From the sequence record DRR378314_195: a stretch of 41,784 nucleotides of DNA, one strand, 5' to 3'. Below are positions 1 to 10,026 of this stretch, one piece after another. A model generated the notes under the pieces. It saw nothing but the letters and a program-made list of their open reading frames with translations, did not search any database and was not told the DNA's origin. Position 1 is the stretch's first letter, and every line of letters begins with the position of its first letter. Position numbers and translations under genes: made by a program.

Positions 1-105
1 TGTTGTTATCGTCAGCCTTCACTCACAAGCCTAGCCCCGAATTGGCCGGGGTCGAACACTTTTCTTGTAGAAAATTGTTTATACACTCCCGGCACGGCAG
101 GACCG

Positions 106-963
106 CTACTTACGAAACAGCACGTAGTTCCCCAGAATGGCCAGCAGCGCCCCAAGTACGGCGGTTGTGGTCCATTCGAATCCTTCCAGCCAGGTCGACA
201 CACTCAGGGCAACCACCGGGAACAGCACTGTTGAGTAGCCCGCCCGGTCTGCTCCGAGGGTCTGAATCACCGTGATGTAGCAATAAAACGCAATAATAGA
301 CCCCGGTATCGCCAGGAAAACCGTTGCACCCCAGAAGGTCGCGGACGTTGGCAACACCCAATCCACGCCCTGCACCAGGCACCAGATGCCCAGGATCACC
401 GCGCCATAAACCATCGCCCAGGCATTCGCCACCAACAACGGGATTTGCGCCAGCCGAACCTTGACACTCACCAGGTTCCCCGTGGAAAACCAGAAAGTCC
501 CAGCGGCGGCAAACAGGATACTGGTACCGGTGGCATTCCCAAGCTGCAAATCATGCCAGAACAGCAGCGCCACGCCGCTAATCCCCAGCGCCACGGCGGG
601 ATACAGCCGGGCGGTAGGCTTCAGCCGCAACCACAGCCAACCATTCAGGGCATTGAACAGCGCCGCCAGGGAAAACACGACGGCAAGCAAGCCGCTGGTC
701 ATCGACTCGGCGGCGCGATAGATCAGCAAGAAATTCACGCTGTACAGGGTCGCTCCCTGCAGAACCAGCCACCCGTGCTGCTTCAGGTTCAACCTTTGCA
801 GGCGCCCAAGGAATGCAAGCACCACCAGGGCCACCACAGAGGCTATGAGAAAACGATAGAACACCGAAAGGTCCACCGTCGCAGACTCAACCTGTAGGCG
901 AATGGCCGTCCAGGTAAGCCCCCAGATCAGCACAGTCAGACCATAGTGCACGGAAATCGGCAT
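106..963 (-). CDS. DMT/EamA family transporter
   Basis: About 10 hydrophobic segments with EamA motifs (IWGLTW, YRFLIA, PVVALSVSTWLEG). Start moved to the ATG at 963 (MPISVHY) because the longer ORF overlaps the divergent AraC gene. Confidence 0.9.
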   Translation of the reverse strand: MPISVHYGLTVLIWGLTWTAIRLQVESATVDLSVFYRFLIASVVALVVLAFLGRLQRLNLKQHGWLVLQGATLYSVNFLLIYRAAESMTSGLLAVVFSLAALFNALNGWLWLRLKPTARLYPAVALGISGVALLFWHDLQLGNATGTSILFAAAGTFWFSTGNLVSVKVRLAQIPLLVANAWAMVYGAVILGIWCLVQGVDWVLPTSATFWGATVFLAIPGSIIAFYCYITVIQTLGADRAGYSTVLFPVVALSVSTWLEGFEWTTTAVLGALLAILGNYVLFRK

Positions 964-1085
964 AGCAGTAATTCCCTTCAGGAAAGTGAAGCATTGGCAG
1001 ATCAACAGGCCGATCTTATGGCAGTGCGAGGGAGAAAACTTGTCAGATCCTGCGCAACCATGGATGATTCTTGCGGAGGCCCGAT

Positions 1086-2009
1086 ATGCAGACCAGCTCA
1101 GCCCAGACACGCGAGTCAACGAAACATCCCCATAAGGAACGCCGCGACATTGTGGACGCGCTGCGAGCCGCTGGCGTGGCGCCCCAGAAACTCATGGAGC
1201 TGGACCAGGGCCGCGCCCTCGCGCAATGGCAAAACCGCAAGGGCGAAGTGCGCTATGAGCGCCCACGCCATCACGCCCTGAGCATCTACATCAACGAGGG
1301 CGACAAAGCGAAGAGAGTTGTGAACGGACGGGCCGTAAGCCAGGGATTTCCGGGGGCTGTGTGTCTGTTTCCCGCTGGCAGCCAATCCACCTGGCAGATC
1401 GGTGGTCAATTCGAATTCTTCCACCTCTACTTCAATGACCTGGACATCGCCCGCTGCGCGGAACAGACCTGGGACTGCGAACCAGACCGGGTTGAACTCA
1501 TCGAGCGATACCACACTGAGGACCCGGTTCTGGCCAAAGCAGGCCAGTTACTCGCTCTGAGTGACTGGCAGGCACCCGGCCAGTCCATGGCGATGGACCA
1601 CCTGGCCCAATGGCTCTTGCTGCAGGTGGTCAGCCGTCACTCGAACGTGCAGCAGGCAACACCTTCCGTCACCGGACAACTCACCCTGCGTTACCGCCGA
1701 TTGCTACAGGAACGTATTCACGCGCAGTTGCATCAGACGTTGACCCTGGCGGACATGGCGGGGTGGGTAAACCTCAGTCCTTACCATTTTGCCCGCCTGT
1801 TCCGGGCGACGTTCGGCTGCGCGCCCTATCAATACGTTCAGGAGCAACGCCTGACCCGGGCCCGTGATCTGCTGCGCCAACCGGGCAGTAAAATCACCGC
1901 CATTGCCCTCACCTGCGGTTTCAACGACTCGAGCCAGTTCAGCCGGGCCTTCAAGGCGAGGTTCGGAGAGACACCGTCTGATTACCGTACCCGGGCAAAC
2001 GCCCGGTAG
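1086..2009 (+). CDS. AraC family transcriptional regulator, divergent from EamA
   Basis: C-terminal double HTH (LSPYHFARLFRATFG; IALTCGFNDSSQFSRAFKARFGETPSDYR). GGAGG precedes the ATG at 1086. Confidence 0.92.
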   Translation: MQTSSAQTRESTKHPHKERRDIVDALRAAGVAPQKLMELDQGRALAQWQNRKGEVRYERPRHHALSIYINEGDKAKRVVNGRAVSQGFPGAVCLFPAGSQSTWQIGGQFEFFHLYFNDLDIARCAEQTWDCEPDRVELIERYHTEDPVLAKAGQLLALSDWQAPGQSMAMDHLAQWLLLQVVSRHSNVQQATPSVTGQLTLRYRRLLQERIHAQLHQTLTLADMAGWVNLSPYHFARLFRATFGCAPYQYVQEQRLTRARDLLRQPGSKITAIALTCGFNDSSQFSRAFKARFGETPSDYRTRANAR

Positions 2010-2144
2010 AACGTCAGCATCGCGTGCCACTTTCACCACATTGCCAAAATGTAAAGAAGAGGAATCCAGCATGCCATGTTGGACCGTCTTTCCATATCAT
2101 GCCGCGCTCACTAAATACCGTAACCAGACACGTGGAGTGGGTTC

Positions 2145-2888
2145 ATGAAAGACAAACTCGGGCTCTTGATAGCCCTGCTGTTGACGGCAGGTTGTGCGAC
2201 TGCCACTGAAGAACTGCGGATCTATACAGAACAATACCCTCCGTACAACATGACCACCAATGGTCAGCCGTTTGCCCACTCAGAAGCAGAAATCACAGGC
2301 CTGTGTACCGATGTGGTAAAAGCGTTGCTCGGCAAAACCGACCTGGAGTACAGCATCAAGCTCCGGGACCTCAGCTATGGCCTCAATCGTGCCGAACAGC
2401 ACCCGGACCACGCCATCTACTGCGTGTCCAAAACAGACGATCGCGAGCCGTTCTTTGACTGGGTGGGACCACTGTCGTCCATCGAGTGGACCTTGTTTGC
2501 CAAACCCGGCTCCTCCATTGAACTGAACACCCTGGAAGATGCCCACAATTACCAGATCGGTGGGTACAAGGGCGATGTCATGACAAACTACCTGATCGAC
2601 AAGGGCTTTGACGTCTCAGCCATCAGCAATAATGGTCTTAACGCCCGACGCCTGGTCCAGGATCAGATTGACCTCTGGGTGGCAGACGGCCTGGCCGGTC
2701 CCTACCTGGCAGCCGATGCATCCGACGTGACCGGGCTTGAGCGCGTTATGGTGTTCCGTGAAACCCCTATGTATCTCGCCGTTCACAAAGACACCGATCC
2801 CGAGATCCTGAAAGCTCTGAACGAGAGTTATCAGGAACTGGTTAAATCCGGCGAAAAAGAAACGATTTCCCGCTCCTACGGATTCTGA
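2145..2888 (+). CDS. Family 3 substrate-binding protein, lipoprotein
   Basis: Lipobox LLLTAGC; TEQYPPYN, FDWVGPL and IDLWVAD motifs typical of orphan SBP_bac_3 proteins. Confidence 0.85.
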   Translation: MKDKLGLLIALLLTAGCATATEELRIYTEQYPPYNMTTNGQPFAHSEAEITGLCTDVVKALLGKTDLEYSIKLRDLSYGLNRAEQHPDHAIYCVSKTDDREPFFDWVGPLSSIEWTLFAKPGSSIELNTLEDAHNYQIGGYKGDVMTNYLIDKGFDVSAISNNGLNARRLVQDQIDLWVADGLAGPYLAADASDVTGLERVMVFRETPMYLAVHKDTDPEILKALNESYQELVKSGEKETISRSYGF

Positions 2889-3118
2889 CCGTCCTCGAAT
2901 ACCGGCGTGACCCTGCGTCACGTCGGCGATTCCCAAAAACCTAACATTTTGTAATCTTTTCCGTCTGGATGGACAAAAAATCCACGACTAGTCTTGCGGT
3001 AGGCATCGAAGGAAGTAGTGATGCCTGGAGGCCTGTTTACCATCCAATCAGGTGTCCCCTTGCTGAAAGTCCGCCACAAGCGGACTGAACAACAAACTCC
3101 CAGGACTGGAGAACCAAA

Positions 3119-4741
3119 ATGAAAATCAGCACCACAAGCCGCACCCTGGCTTTCGGATCCCTTTTCTTTGCAATAACCGCACACGCATCACCAAGTCAGA
3201 AATCCACCGGTGATTTACTGAACGACTTTTGGAGTCCCGACCGAATCAGTCCCTTCGAATGTCGGTTTGGCATACTCAATAGCACGCCGTTCGGCCTGCC
3301 CCGCTGTATGCAGGCGAGCAACATCCAATACCACCTGGACAGGTTTTACGGCATTGCCGAGGCTAACGATGGCAATCGCGCAGCCGGTTTGTCCGGTTAT
3401 CAAGCATCCGTGGACTACATTAAAACCACACTTGAGAGCGCGGGCTACGACGTCACCATCCAGCAGTTTCCGTTCAATGCCTTCTACCCGACCGGGGAGG
3501 GTATTTTGCAAGCAACGGCACCAACCCCGACAGACTATGTCTGGGAGGAGGACTTTACCTACCTGTCTCAGACCGAACCGGGCGATGTGTCAGGCACGGC
3601 CGTCGCAGTTGATGTTCAACTCGGCCCCGACAATGCTTCCACCAGTGGCTGCGAACCCGAGGACTTTACCGACTTCCCAGCCGGCTCTATCGCTGTTGTA
3701 CAGCGGGGAGCCTGCGCCTTCGGACAGAAAGCAACCAATGCCGCCAATGCCGGTGCCACTGGCGTGGTGATCTTCAACCAGGGCAACACGGAAGATCGCA
3801 AGGGTCTGATCAACGCCACACTCGGCGATGACTATGCCGGGGGTGTTCCCGTTGTGTTCACCACCTACGACATTGGCGCTGGCTGGGTTGAGCAGCAAGA
3901 CCTTCAGCTTAGGGTCGTGACCAACGTGGTGAGAGAGCAAACCGAAACCTCCAACGTCATTGCCCAGACGAACCGGGGTAATCCTGAAAACGTGGTCATG
4001 ACAGGTGCCCATCTGGACTCCGTGTTTGAAGGCGCTGGTATCAACGACAATGGCTCCGGTAGCGCTGCATTACTCGAACTGGCCCTGCAGATGAAGCGGG
4101 CCCACCCCCGTAATCAGGTACGCTTTGCCTGGTGGGGTGCGGAAGAAGCTGGCCTGGTTGGCTCAACCTTCTACGTCAACAGCCTTTCCCAGGAAGAGAA
4201 GGACAAAATCAAGGTCTACCTGAACTACGACATGATTGGTTCGCCTAACTTTGGCAACTTTATCTACGATGGCGATGGTTCCGATTTCGACCTGGCAGGC
4301 CCTCCCGGATCAGCAGCCACGGAGGCGCTGTTCGAGAAGTACTTCAACTTGCGTGAAATTGCCTCTGAGGGCACGGAAATCAGCTTCCGCTCGGACTACG
4401 CACAGTTCTTCGAAGATGGCATTGCGTTTGGCGGGCTGTTTACCGGCGCCGAAGTGCTGAAAACCGAAGAGCAGGCGGCCAAGTTCGGTGGCGAAGCCGG
4501 TGTCGCTTTTGACCCGTGTTACCACTCGGCCTGTGACGACATCACCAATGTCGACGAGCTCGCGCTGGAGATCAACGGTGATGCTGCCGCGTTCGTCACA
4601 AGCTGGCTGTCCCTCTCAACCCGGTTGATTGACGAGGAAATTGCCGCTGCGGAAGAAGCGGAACCGGCCGCGGGTGCGCGCATGCTGCAGGTGGAGCAAG
4701 AGCGCGACATTACCCACTGGGGTGACAAGTGGATCAAGTAA
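3119..4741 (+). CDS. Secreted M28 aminopeptidase with PA domain (PaAP/SGAP-like)
   Basis: Signal peptide ending AHA; PA domain (VQRGACAFGQKA); zinc motifs GAHLDSV, GINDNGSG, WWGAEE, NYDMIGS, RSDY, DPCYH. Confidence 0.93.
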   Translation: MKISTTSRTLAFGSLFFAITAHASPSQKSTGDLLNDFWSPDRISPFECRFGILNSTPFGLPRCMQASNIQYHLDRFYGIAEANDGNRAAGLSGYQASVDYIKTTLESAGYDVTIQQFPFNAFYPTGEGILQATAPTPTDYVWEEDFTYLSQTEPGDVSGTAVAVDVQLGPDNASTSGCEPEDFTDFPAGSIAVVQRGACAFGQKATNAANAGATGVVIFNQGNTEDRKGLINATLGDDYAGGVPVVFTTYDIGAGWVEQQDLQLRVVTNVVREQTETSNVIAQTNRGNPENVVMTGAHLDSVFEGAGINDNGSGSAALLELALQMKRAHPRNQVRFAWWGAEEAGLVGSTFYVNSLSQEEKDKIKVYLNYDMIGSPNFGNFIYDGDGSDFDLAGPPGSAATEALFEKYFNLREIASEGTEISFRSDYAQFFEDGIAFGGLFTGAEVLKTEEQAAKFGGEAGVAFDPCYHSACDDITNVDELALEINGDAAAFVTSWLSLSTRLIDEEIAAAEEAEPAAGARMLQVEQERDITHWGDKWIK

Positions 4742-4753
4742 CCTAAGGGTCGC

Positions 4754-6487
4754 TTAGAACCGCGAGCGACCCCGCAACAAGACCTGCACCTGATCTATGC
4801 TGTCGTCCCCGCCAAGCGGGAAAGCAAAGTCCAGGTGCAGCATTCGCTGCACTTCGATCCGGCTTGAGGCCAGCCTCAGGCCAAAGCCCACATCCGTCAG
4901 TACCCCGTCATCGGGCCCGTTATTGCGGCCGTCATCAAACCAGGCCCGGCCAACATCGGCGAACAGAACACCCCCAACCCGGAATAGCTTGAAGGGATGC
5001 CAGTCCGGGAAGTAACGGCGCTCCAGTGTCCACAGCGCTCTGCGGTTGCCCTGTTGATAGCTGCTCGGATAACCACGCAGGCCGTTGTCACCGCCAATGA
5101 GCAGCTGCTGGTCCACCGTCAGGTTATGGGCGGCGGTAAAGGACAGATTGGTGTACCAGCTATTCCAGTCCACCGACCCACCATGGAAGTACTCCAGGTT
5201 GACGGTTCCGATAAGATTCTCAAAACGGTCCTGGTCAAATCGCCAGGTACCACTCTGACTGAATCCGTAGCTGGCGTAGTTGGTATCGGTCGCCAGTAAC
5301 GCATCCCGGAACTCCATATTCAGCACGGCGCGATCTTCCGTCGCTCCGAGCCCCGGCGAGGAATAGCCCAGTTCCGTACGCCATACAAACCCATCCCGCA
5401 CGTCCTCAACCCGTTGCAGTCGAGTCAGGTTGGTCATCTCCCGGAAGCGGTTCTCCCGGTAGTCAAACCCGACCCATGGGTAGCTCAGGGTGCGGTCTTC
5501 GGGTAGTAGGTCCAGATTCGGTTCGTCCGGCAAGCGCTCGAACCTGCGGGCATCATAACGAAACCCGGCCAGTAACCTTAGCTGGCGATCATTGCGCTCT
5601 GCCAGTCGCCACCCGACGCCGACACCGGCGAACTCTCGGTCTTGCCGATAGTCGGCAATGGCCTCCGCGCCCACATAGCGGGATTGTTCACGAACGTCAT
5701 CCTCGCCACTCAGGCCAAATTGCCACTCCGCGAGTTCGCTGTAGAAGGGTCTTTCAAGGTAGGCACTGCGACCACGACCATCACTGCGTTTATCGTAGGA
5801 AAACCCTGCCTGCCAATGGGAACCGAGAACGTTGGGATCATCAAAATCGACACTGGTCTCGCTACGGTCGGCGTCTTTCGTATAGGAAACCCCGACACTC
5901 TTGCCGGAACCCAGGAAGTTCGGATCAGACAGGCCGGTGTTGGTGGTGTTCTCGCCGCCGGACCGCGATGCCCCGACACTGGGAAGCAACGTCCAGGTAT
6001 CCCGTGCAAGCACGCTGACTTCCAACTCGTTTCCGCAAACGCGGGTCACACCCACCCAGGCGGCAGTCAGATACTCACGTTCCCGGAGAATACGCTCGGA
6101 TTCCTCCAGCATACCCGGTTGGTAAGTATCGCCCTGCTCAAATACCAGTTGGGCGCGCAAAGCGGATTCCCAGGTCGGTGTGTTAAGTGCGTTCAGAGAC
6201 CGGTACAGAACGTTATCCTGGTCGGGATCACTGGTATCAAAGATTGGGCGCCGAATGATGTTTACCTGGCCAATCCGGGCCCCCTCTGGAATCTCCAGAT
6301 CACTCTGGCGAGCCAACTGGTCCCGGGGCTGGTCAAGATCAATGGCTTCCGGTTGTATCTCGCTGGCAATACAGCTGTCGGTACCCGTTTGCGCCATAAC
6401 ACTCTGGCTGCAAGAGAAGACCCAAATAATGAATAGGGCTCGGCTTCGGAGCAGCGGGATTCTGTCAAGGCGTTTGGTGCGGGTCAT
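4754..6487 (-). CDS. Omp85 (BamA/TamA-like) outer-membrane beta-barrel protein
   Basis: Signal-like N-terminus, POTRA-like ESERILR, D-x-N-x-LG strand motifs, GGDNGLRGY loop, FADVGRAW, GFGLR and a terminal Phe. Start uncertain (6487 or 6505). Confidence 0.82.
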   Translation of the reverse strand: MTRTKRLDRIPLLRSRALFIIWVFSCSQSVMAQTGTDSCIASEIQPEAIDLDQPRDQLARQSDLEIPEGARIGQVNIIRRPIFDTSDPDQDNVLYRSLNALNTPTWESALRAQLVFEQGDTYQPGMLEESERILREREYLTAAWVGVTRVCGNELEVSVLARDTWTLLPSVGASRSGGENTTNTGLSDPNFLGSGKSVGVSYTKDADRSETSVDFDDPNVLGSHWQAGFSYDKRSDGRGRSAYLERPFYSELAEWQFGLSGEDDVREQSRYVGAEAIADYRQDREFAGVGVGWRLAERNDRQLRLLAGFRYDARRFERLPDEPNLDLLPEDRTLSYPWVGFDYRENRFREMTNLTRLQRVEDVRDGFVWRTELGYSSPGLGATEDRAVLNMEFRDALLATDTNYASYGFSQSGTWRFDQDRFENLIGTVNLEYFHGGSVDWNSWYTNLSFTAAHNLTVDQQLLIGGDNGLRGYPSSYQQGNRRALWTLERRYFPDWHPFKLFRVGGVLFADVGRAWFDDGRNNGPDDGVLTDVGFGLRLASSRIEVQRMLHLDFAFPLGGDDSIDQVQVLLRGRSRF

Positions 6488-6528
6488 GATCTGGCCACAG
6501 AACACGGAAATTCACGATGGTGTAGATG

Positions 6529-6903
6529 TTACTCAACCAGCCCGGATCGTGGAACCAGGCAGTTCATCGCGGTAATAGAAACATCCCGGAGCGCCTCCTC
6601 GGAGGCGACCACACTCGGAAACCGATCGTAAACCGCGCGCCGGCAGGCCGATGTGCGAGTCTTACCCTCACTGACGCAGGCCGAATGGGCTTCCGAGCCG
6701 GAACCGTGCCCAGTCGCATCCTCACACAACGCAGGCAGTTGGCGAACGACCCAGTCCATGGCTACGCTAAGTTCGACGGGATTAGCCGCCAGGTTGGTGA
6801 AACGGCTGGCATCCACGGGTTGCGGTCGTTCCCGCGTCTGCTCCCAAAGTACGAACAACAGGGCGGCGGAAACCAATACAACAGTGACTTTTGGAAACTT
6901 CAT
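6529..6903 (-). CDS. Hypothetical membrane-anchored protein with 4 Cys
   Basis: N-terminal hydrophobic anchor (MKFPKVTVVLVSAALLFVLW); fills the gap and is co-oriented with the Omp85 gene. Confidence 0.65.
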   Translation of the reverse strand: MKFPKVTVVLVSAALLFVLWEQTRERPQPVDASRFTNLAANPVELSVAMDWVVRQLPALCEDATGHGSGSEAHSACVSEGKTRTSACRRAVYDRFPSVVASEEALRDVSITAMNCLVPRSGLVE

Positions 6904-7015
6904 GGGTGCCTTTTTCAATCCGGTGAAACAGGCTCTGGATGATAAACGCTTGAGGATGCCCTGTCCCGGTTTGCGCAACTATACTGTCTGGGATTTCTTA
7001 ACGGAGCATGGGTAA

Positions 7016-7585
7016 ATGGCAACACTGATCGTTGGTCTGGTTTTATTTCTTGGCGTGCATTCGCTGTCCATCGTCAACGAACCGCTGCGCAATCGCCTGC
7101 AGACATCCCTTGGCGAAGGAGCGTTCAAGGGGCTCTACTCGCTGGTCGCACTGGTCGGTCTGGTTCTGATCGTTTGGGGTTACGGCGCCGCCCGGCTGGA
7201 GCCTACTGTTGTCTACACGCCGCCAGGGTGGCTTCGGCACCTGGCCATGCTCCTTCTGATCCCGGTCTTCCCCCTGCTGTTTGCCACGTATTTTCCGGGC
7301 AAGATAAAGGCCAAACTGGGACATCCAATGTTGGTCGCGGTCAAACTCTGGGCACTCGCCCACTTACTGGCCAACGGGATGCTGCACGACGTGTTGCTGT
7401 TCGGTTCATTCCTGGCTTGGGCCGTGGTGGATCGGATCTCCATGAAACGCAGAACCCAGCGGCCGATGGCTACCCTGCCAGCCAGCAAAGCCAACGATGC
7501 CATAGCGGTTGTTGGCGGCCTTGCGGTTTACGCAGTGCTGGTGGTCTGGGCTCACCAATGGCTCTTTGGTGTGGCGCCGATGTGA
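7016..7585 (+). CDS. nnrU: NnrU family membrane protein
   Basis: GLVLFLGVHS, KGLYSLV, HPMLVAVKLWALAHLLANG, LLFGSFLAWA. Confidence 0.9.
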   Translation: MATLIVGLVLFLGVHSLSIVNEPLRNRLQTSLGEGAFKGLYSLVALVGLVLIVWGYGAARLEPTVVYTPPGWLRHLAMLLLIPVFPLLFATYFPGKIKAKLGHPMLVAVKLWALAHLLANGMLHDVLLFGSFLAWAVVDRISMKRRTQRPMATLPASKANDAIAVVGGLAVYAVLVVWAHQWLFGVAPM

Positions 7586-7675
7586 TCTGAGATTGGCCTT
7601 TGCAACGCTGACCAGCACGATATCGAACTTGCTAAAAACGTCACATGTGCCCGAGGTAAACAGCCGCCATTTGAA

Positions 7676-7698
7676 AGCCGCCCCAAAATGGGGCGGCT
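7676..7698. terminator. Stem-loop between convergent nnrU and the lipoprotein operon
   Basis: AGCCGCCCCA-aaa-TGGGGCGGCT, a perfect 10-bp stem. Confidence 0.6.
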
Positions 7699-7735
7699 CG
7701 CGGGGCACCTCATCAGTGATTGCCCAACCCGAAGA

Positions 7736-8404
7736 CTAATCGTCCGTATTCAGGCTCTTGTAGTACTGATCGTAGGTAGGGCTGTATGGTCCCGGTGGAA
7801 CACCGTTGACACCATAGAACGCCAGTGAGTTAGCTTGACGTGTCAATGGCAGATAGTTCGGAGAGGCCCTCTCTACTGCAGCAGTAACTGCCATCGCGAT
7901 CAGATCAAACATCGGATTGCCCGTACTATTATTGTCGGGGGTGTAGGTCATGCGTTGCCGTGCAGACCAGAGCTCAGCGCCGTCTGCGTTCACAATACGG
8001 TACTCAAAATCGACCTCGGTCGTTGTCGTCAGCAACAGGTACTTCGACGTCCACTCATGGATAGTCACATAAAGAATCGAATCGGCCTTGAATAAATTCG
8101 CCAGTTGTTCTGATGGTGCCGCATGTGCCTCAGCAGGCTCGTAATAACCTTCGTATTCGAGCAGTGTTTTTACAGTATTTACAGGGAACACATAGTACCC
8201 TTTTTCCGCCAGGTAAAAGGGCAACGTTGCCAGTACTGATGTCGTACCTTGTACATCTGTCGTCATGTTTACAGGAGGAACGACCAAAATTGATTTCGGC
8301 GCCGCGCTATGGAAAGCGTCAAGGCGGTCAGGGTCCGATGTGGTTGCACAGCCGACCGTCATCAATAGGCATAAGAATACCAGGCTCAGCTTCAGCTTTT
8401 TCAT
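7736..8404 (-). CDS. DUF799/GNA1162 family lipoprotein
   Basis: Lipobox MTVGC; PKSILVVPPVN, LAEKGYYVFPV, ADSILYVTI and PPGPYSP. Confidence 0.88.
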   Translation of the reverse strand: MKKLKLSLVFLCLLMTVGCATTSDPDRLDAFHSAAPKSILVVPPVNMTTDVQGTTSVLATLPFYLAEKGYYVFPVNTVKTLLEYEGYYEPAEAHAAPSEQLANLFKADSILYVTIHEWTSKYLLLTTTTEVDFEYRIVNADGAELWSARQRMTYTPDNNSTGNPMFDLIAMAVTAAVERASPNYLPLTRQANSLAFYGVNGVPPGPYSPTYDQYYKSLNTDD

Positions 8405-8748
8405 TGTCTGGCCTCCAGGTTTTCGATCAACATTCCAAGCATAGGTTGGCTCTCCGGCCAGGCTTCGTATTCCATTCTGTAATACTTGATCGCCGCATCA
8501 ACATCGCCTTGCTCGAGCATGAAAGTGCCCGCTTCCGCATAAAGACCCGGTGCGATCGGATACTGAGTGGTTCCGCCGGACTGCACAAACTCAAGGTAGT
8601 TCTTTAGTGTCTGCTCTTTAAGTTCTGGTTCGTGGTAGACCACAAACAAGGTTTCCTGATACTGACCCCAGTTATACATGCCCTGGTTGTTAGCACACCC
8701 CGTCAAAACAACAAGCAGCATCAACGTCAAAAAAAATTTCTCAGTCAT
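8401..8748 (-). CDS. DUF4810 family lipoprotein
   Basis: Lipobox LTGC; YNWGQY, APGLYAEAG and EYEAWPES; 4-nt overlap with the downstream gene. Confidence 0.85.
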   Translation of the reverse strand: MTEKFFLTLMLLVVLTGCANNQGMYNWGQYQETLFVVYHEPELKEQTLKNYLEFVQSGGTTQYPIAPGLYAEAGTFMLEQGDVDAAIKYYRMEYEAWPESQPMLGMLIENLEARQ

Positions 8749-9061
8749 ATGTTCCTACCTTCAGAATTCTGTTTGAACCTGCACCGAGATACACCTCCTT
8801 TTCATAAACCACCCTGCCATCAGACAGGAGCTTTACCTGGTGGGTACCATCAATTATTTTCAGCAAGTTTTCACCTGCCAAAAACTGCCCTACACGCCCG
8901 TAGGAAACCCCATCAACCTGCAGTTCATAGCTGGCCGAAGAAGGAGAACTGAGGTCAAACGCCAAGCCGGGACGATCGTCCACAACCTGTGTATTGCGGG
9001 TGGGCGTCTGGACACAAGCCACCAACGTGAAACAAACGAGCAAACCAAATAATAGCTTCAC
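8741..9061 (-). CDS. Small hypothetical lipoprotein (PEGA/beta-sandwich-like)
   Basis: Lipobox TLVAC; LQVDG and GTHQVKL beta motifs; overlaps both neighbours. Confidence 0.78.
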   Translation of the reverse strand: MKLLFGLLVCFTLVACVQTPTRNTQVVDDRPGLAFDLSSPSSASYELQVDGVSYGRVGQFLAGENLLKIIDGTHQVKLLSDGRVVYEKEVYLGAGSNRILKVGTYD

Positions 9062-10026
9062 TGTTTCTTCTCCTTAACGCGCAAGTCACCCAAGTCGTAT
9101 CCTTCCAGGGCGCCTCGGGAAATCTGGCCAATCGCCCCCTGGTCCAGAGGATCATCACCAAACAGACCGACGATAGTGAGTTCGGCTACTTCTTTGCCGG
9201 GCAAAGTTATGGTGGAACCTGTTGCCTGCGACTTAACCTTTTCGCCGCGTGTTTCAACAACGAATTTCATGCCTTCACGTACGCCCTGAGTCTCACCACC
9301 GCTGATATAAACGAGACCGTCCTCCTGAGCCAGCACATCCGCAGTCCAAGACTTTTCAAGGAATAGGCCGGTCATCTTGTCAACAGCAGCAGTCACCGCT
9401 GCAGCAATGGCCTGATCATTCAGGCTGCCGTCATAGCCCGCCGCGGAACCAAATCCCATGGTGCGCGCCCGTTCGGTTGACGACGTTCCGGAACCTGTAA
9501 CCGAGGCAAATACCCGACCAGTGGTTACATCAACCAGCCGAAGGTCTACCGTTGCCGTCGCTTCCTGCTTCTTGGTGGAAGACAAAAAACCGCGTTCACC
9601 CGTGGTGGAACGACCAAACTGAGTCAGAGAACCGATAACAAGCGTGTCAACTCCAGTGATCGACACTTCCTGACCAGACAGCTCAGCCTCCTTACTCAAA
9701 AGTTCAATATCCGGCCTTTCAAATACCAGATAGCTATTGCTGTTTGTCAGGGCCTGCAGGAACATATCCGTTACTTTCGAGCCAAGCTGATCTTCCGCAG
9801 TCGAACGCAAAAGGCTGCGGCCATAGTTCGTCTCGTTAGAGAGTCGACCAACAGCAATCTTTCGTTTTAGGCTCAGTGTTTTTGGCTTGCTGGCCTCCAG
9901 GGCGGCCTCCTGAGCGGCACGCTGTTGCTCAGACGACACAGCAGGTTCAACTTCCTGCATCTGAGGCGTTTGAGTGGCACAGCCTGTGATAGCCCCCAAC
10001 ATTAGCAAGGGAATTATTCTATTCAT
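9058..10026 (-). CDS. CsgG/HfaB family lipoprotein with C-terminal FlgT_C-like domain
   Basis: Lipobox ITGC; KIAVGRLSNET, VFERPDI, GSLTQFGR and VDLRLVDVTTG; C-terminal VYISGGETQGVREGMKF. Confidence 0.88.
   Translation of the reverse strand: MNRIIPLLMLGAITGCATQTPQMQEVEPAVSSEQQRAAQEAALEASKPKTLSLKRKIAVGRLSNETNYGRSLLRSTAEDQLGSKVTDMFLQALTNSNSYLVFERPDIELLSKEAELSGQEVSITGVDTLVIGSLTQFGRSTTGERGFLSSTKKQEATATVDLRLVDVTTGRVFASVTGSGTSSTERARTMGFGSAAGYDGSLNDQAIAAAVTAAVDKMTGLFLEKSWTADVLAQEDGLVYISGGETQGVREGMKFVVETRGEKVKSQATGSTITLPGKEVAELTIVGLFGDDPLDQGAIGQISRGALEGYDLGDLRVKEKKQ

Noticed and set aside
1-105. Hairpin CCCCG...CGGGG and TTGTTTATACA as a riboswitch or GntR-type operator
   Set aside because: Too short and truncated by the window edge; probably just the upstream region of an off-window minus-strand gene.
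7736-10026. Curli biogenesis operon
   Set aside because: No csgA/B/E/F-like genes in the window; the partners are DUF4810 and DUF799.
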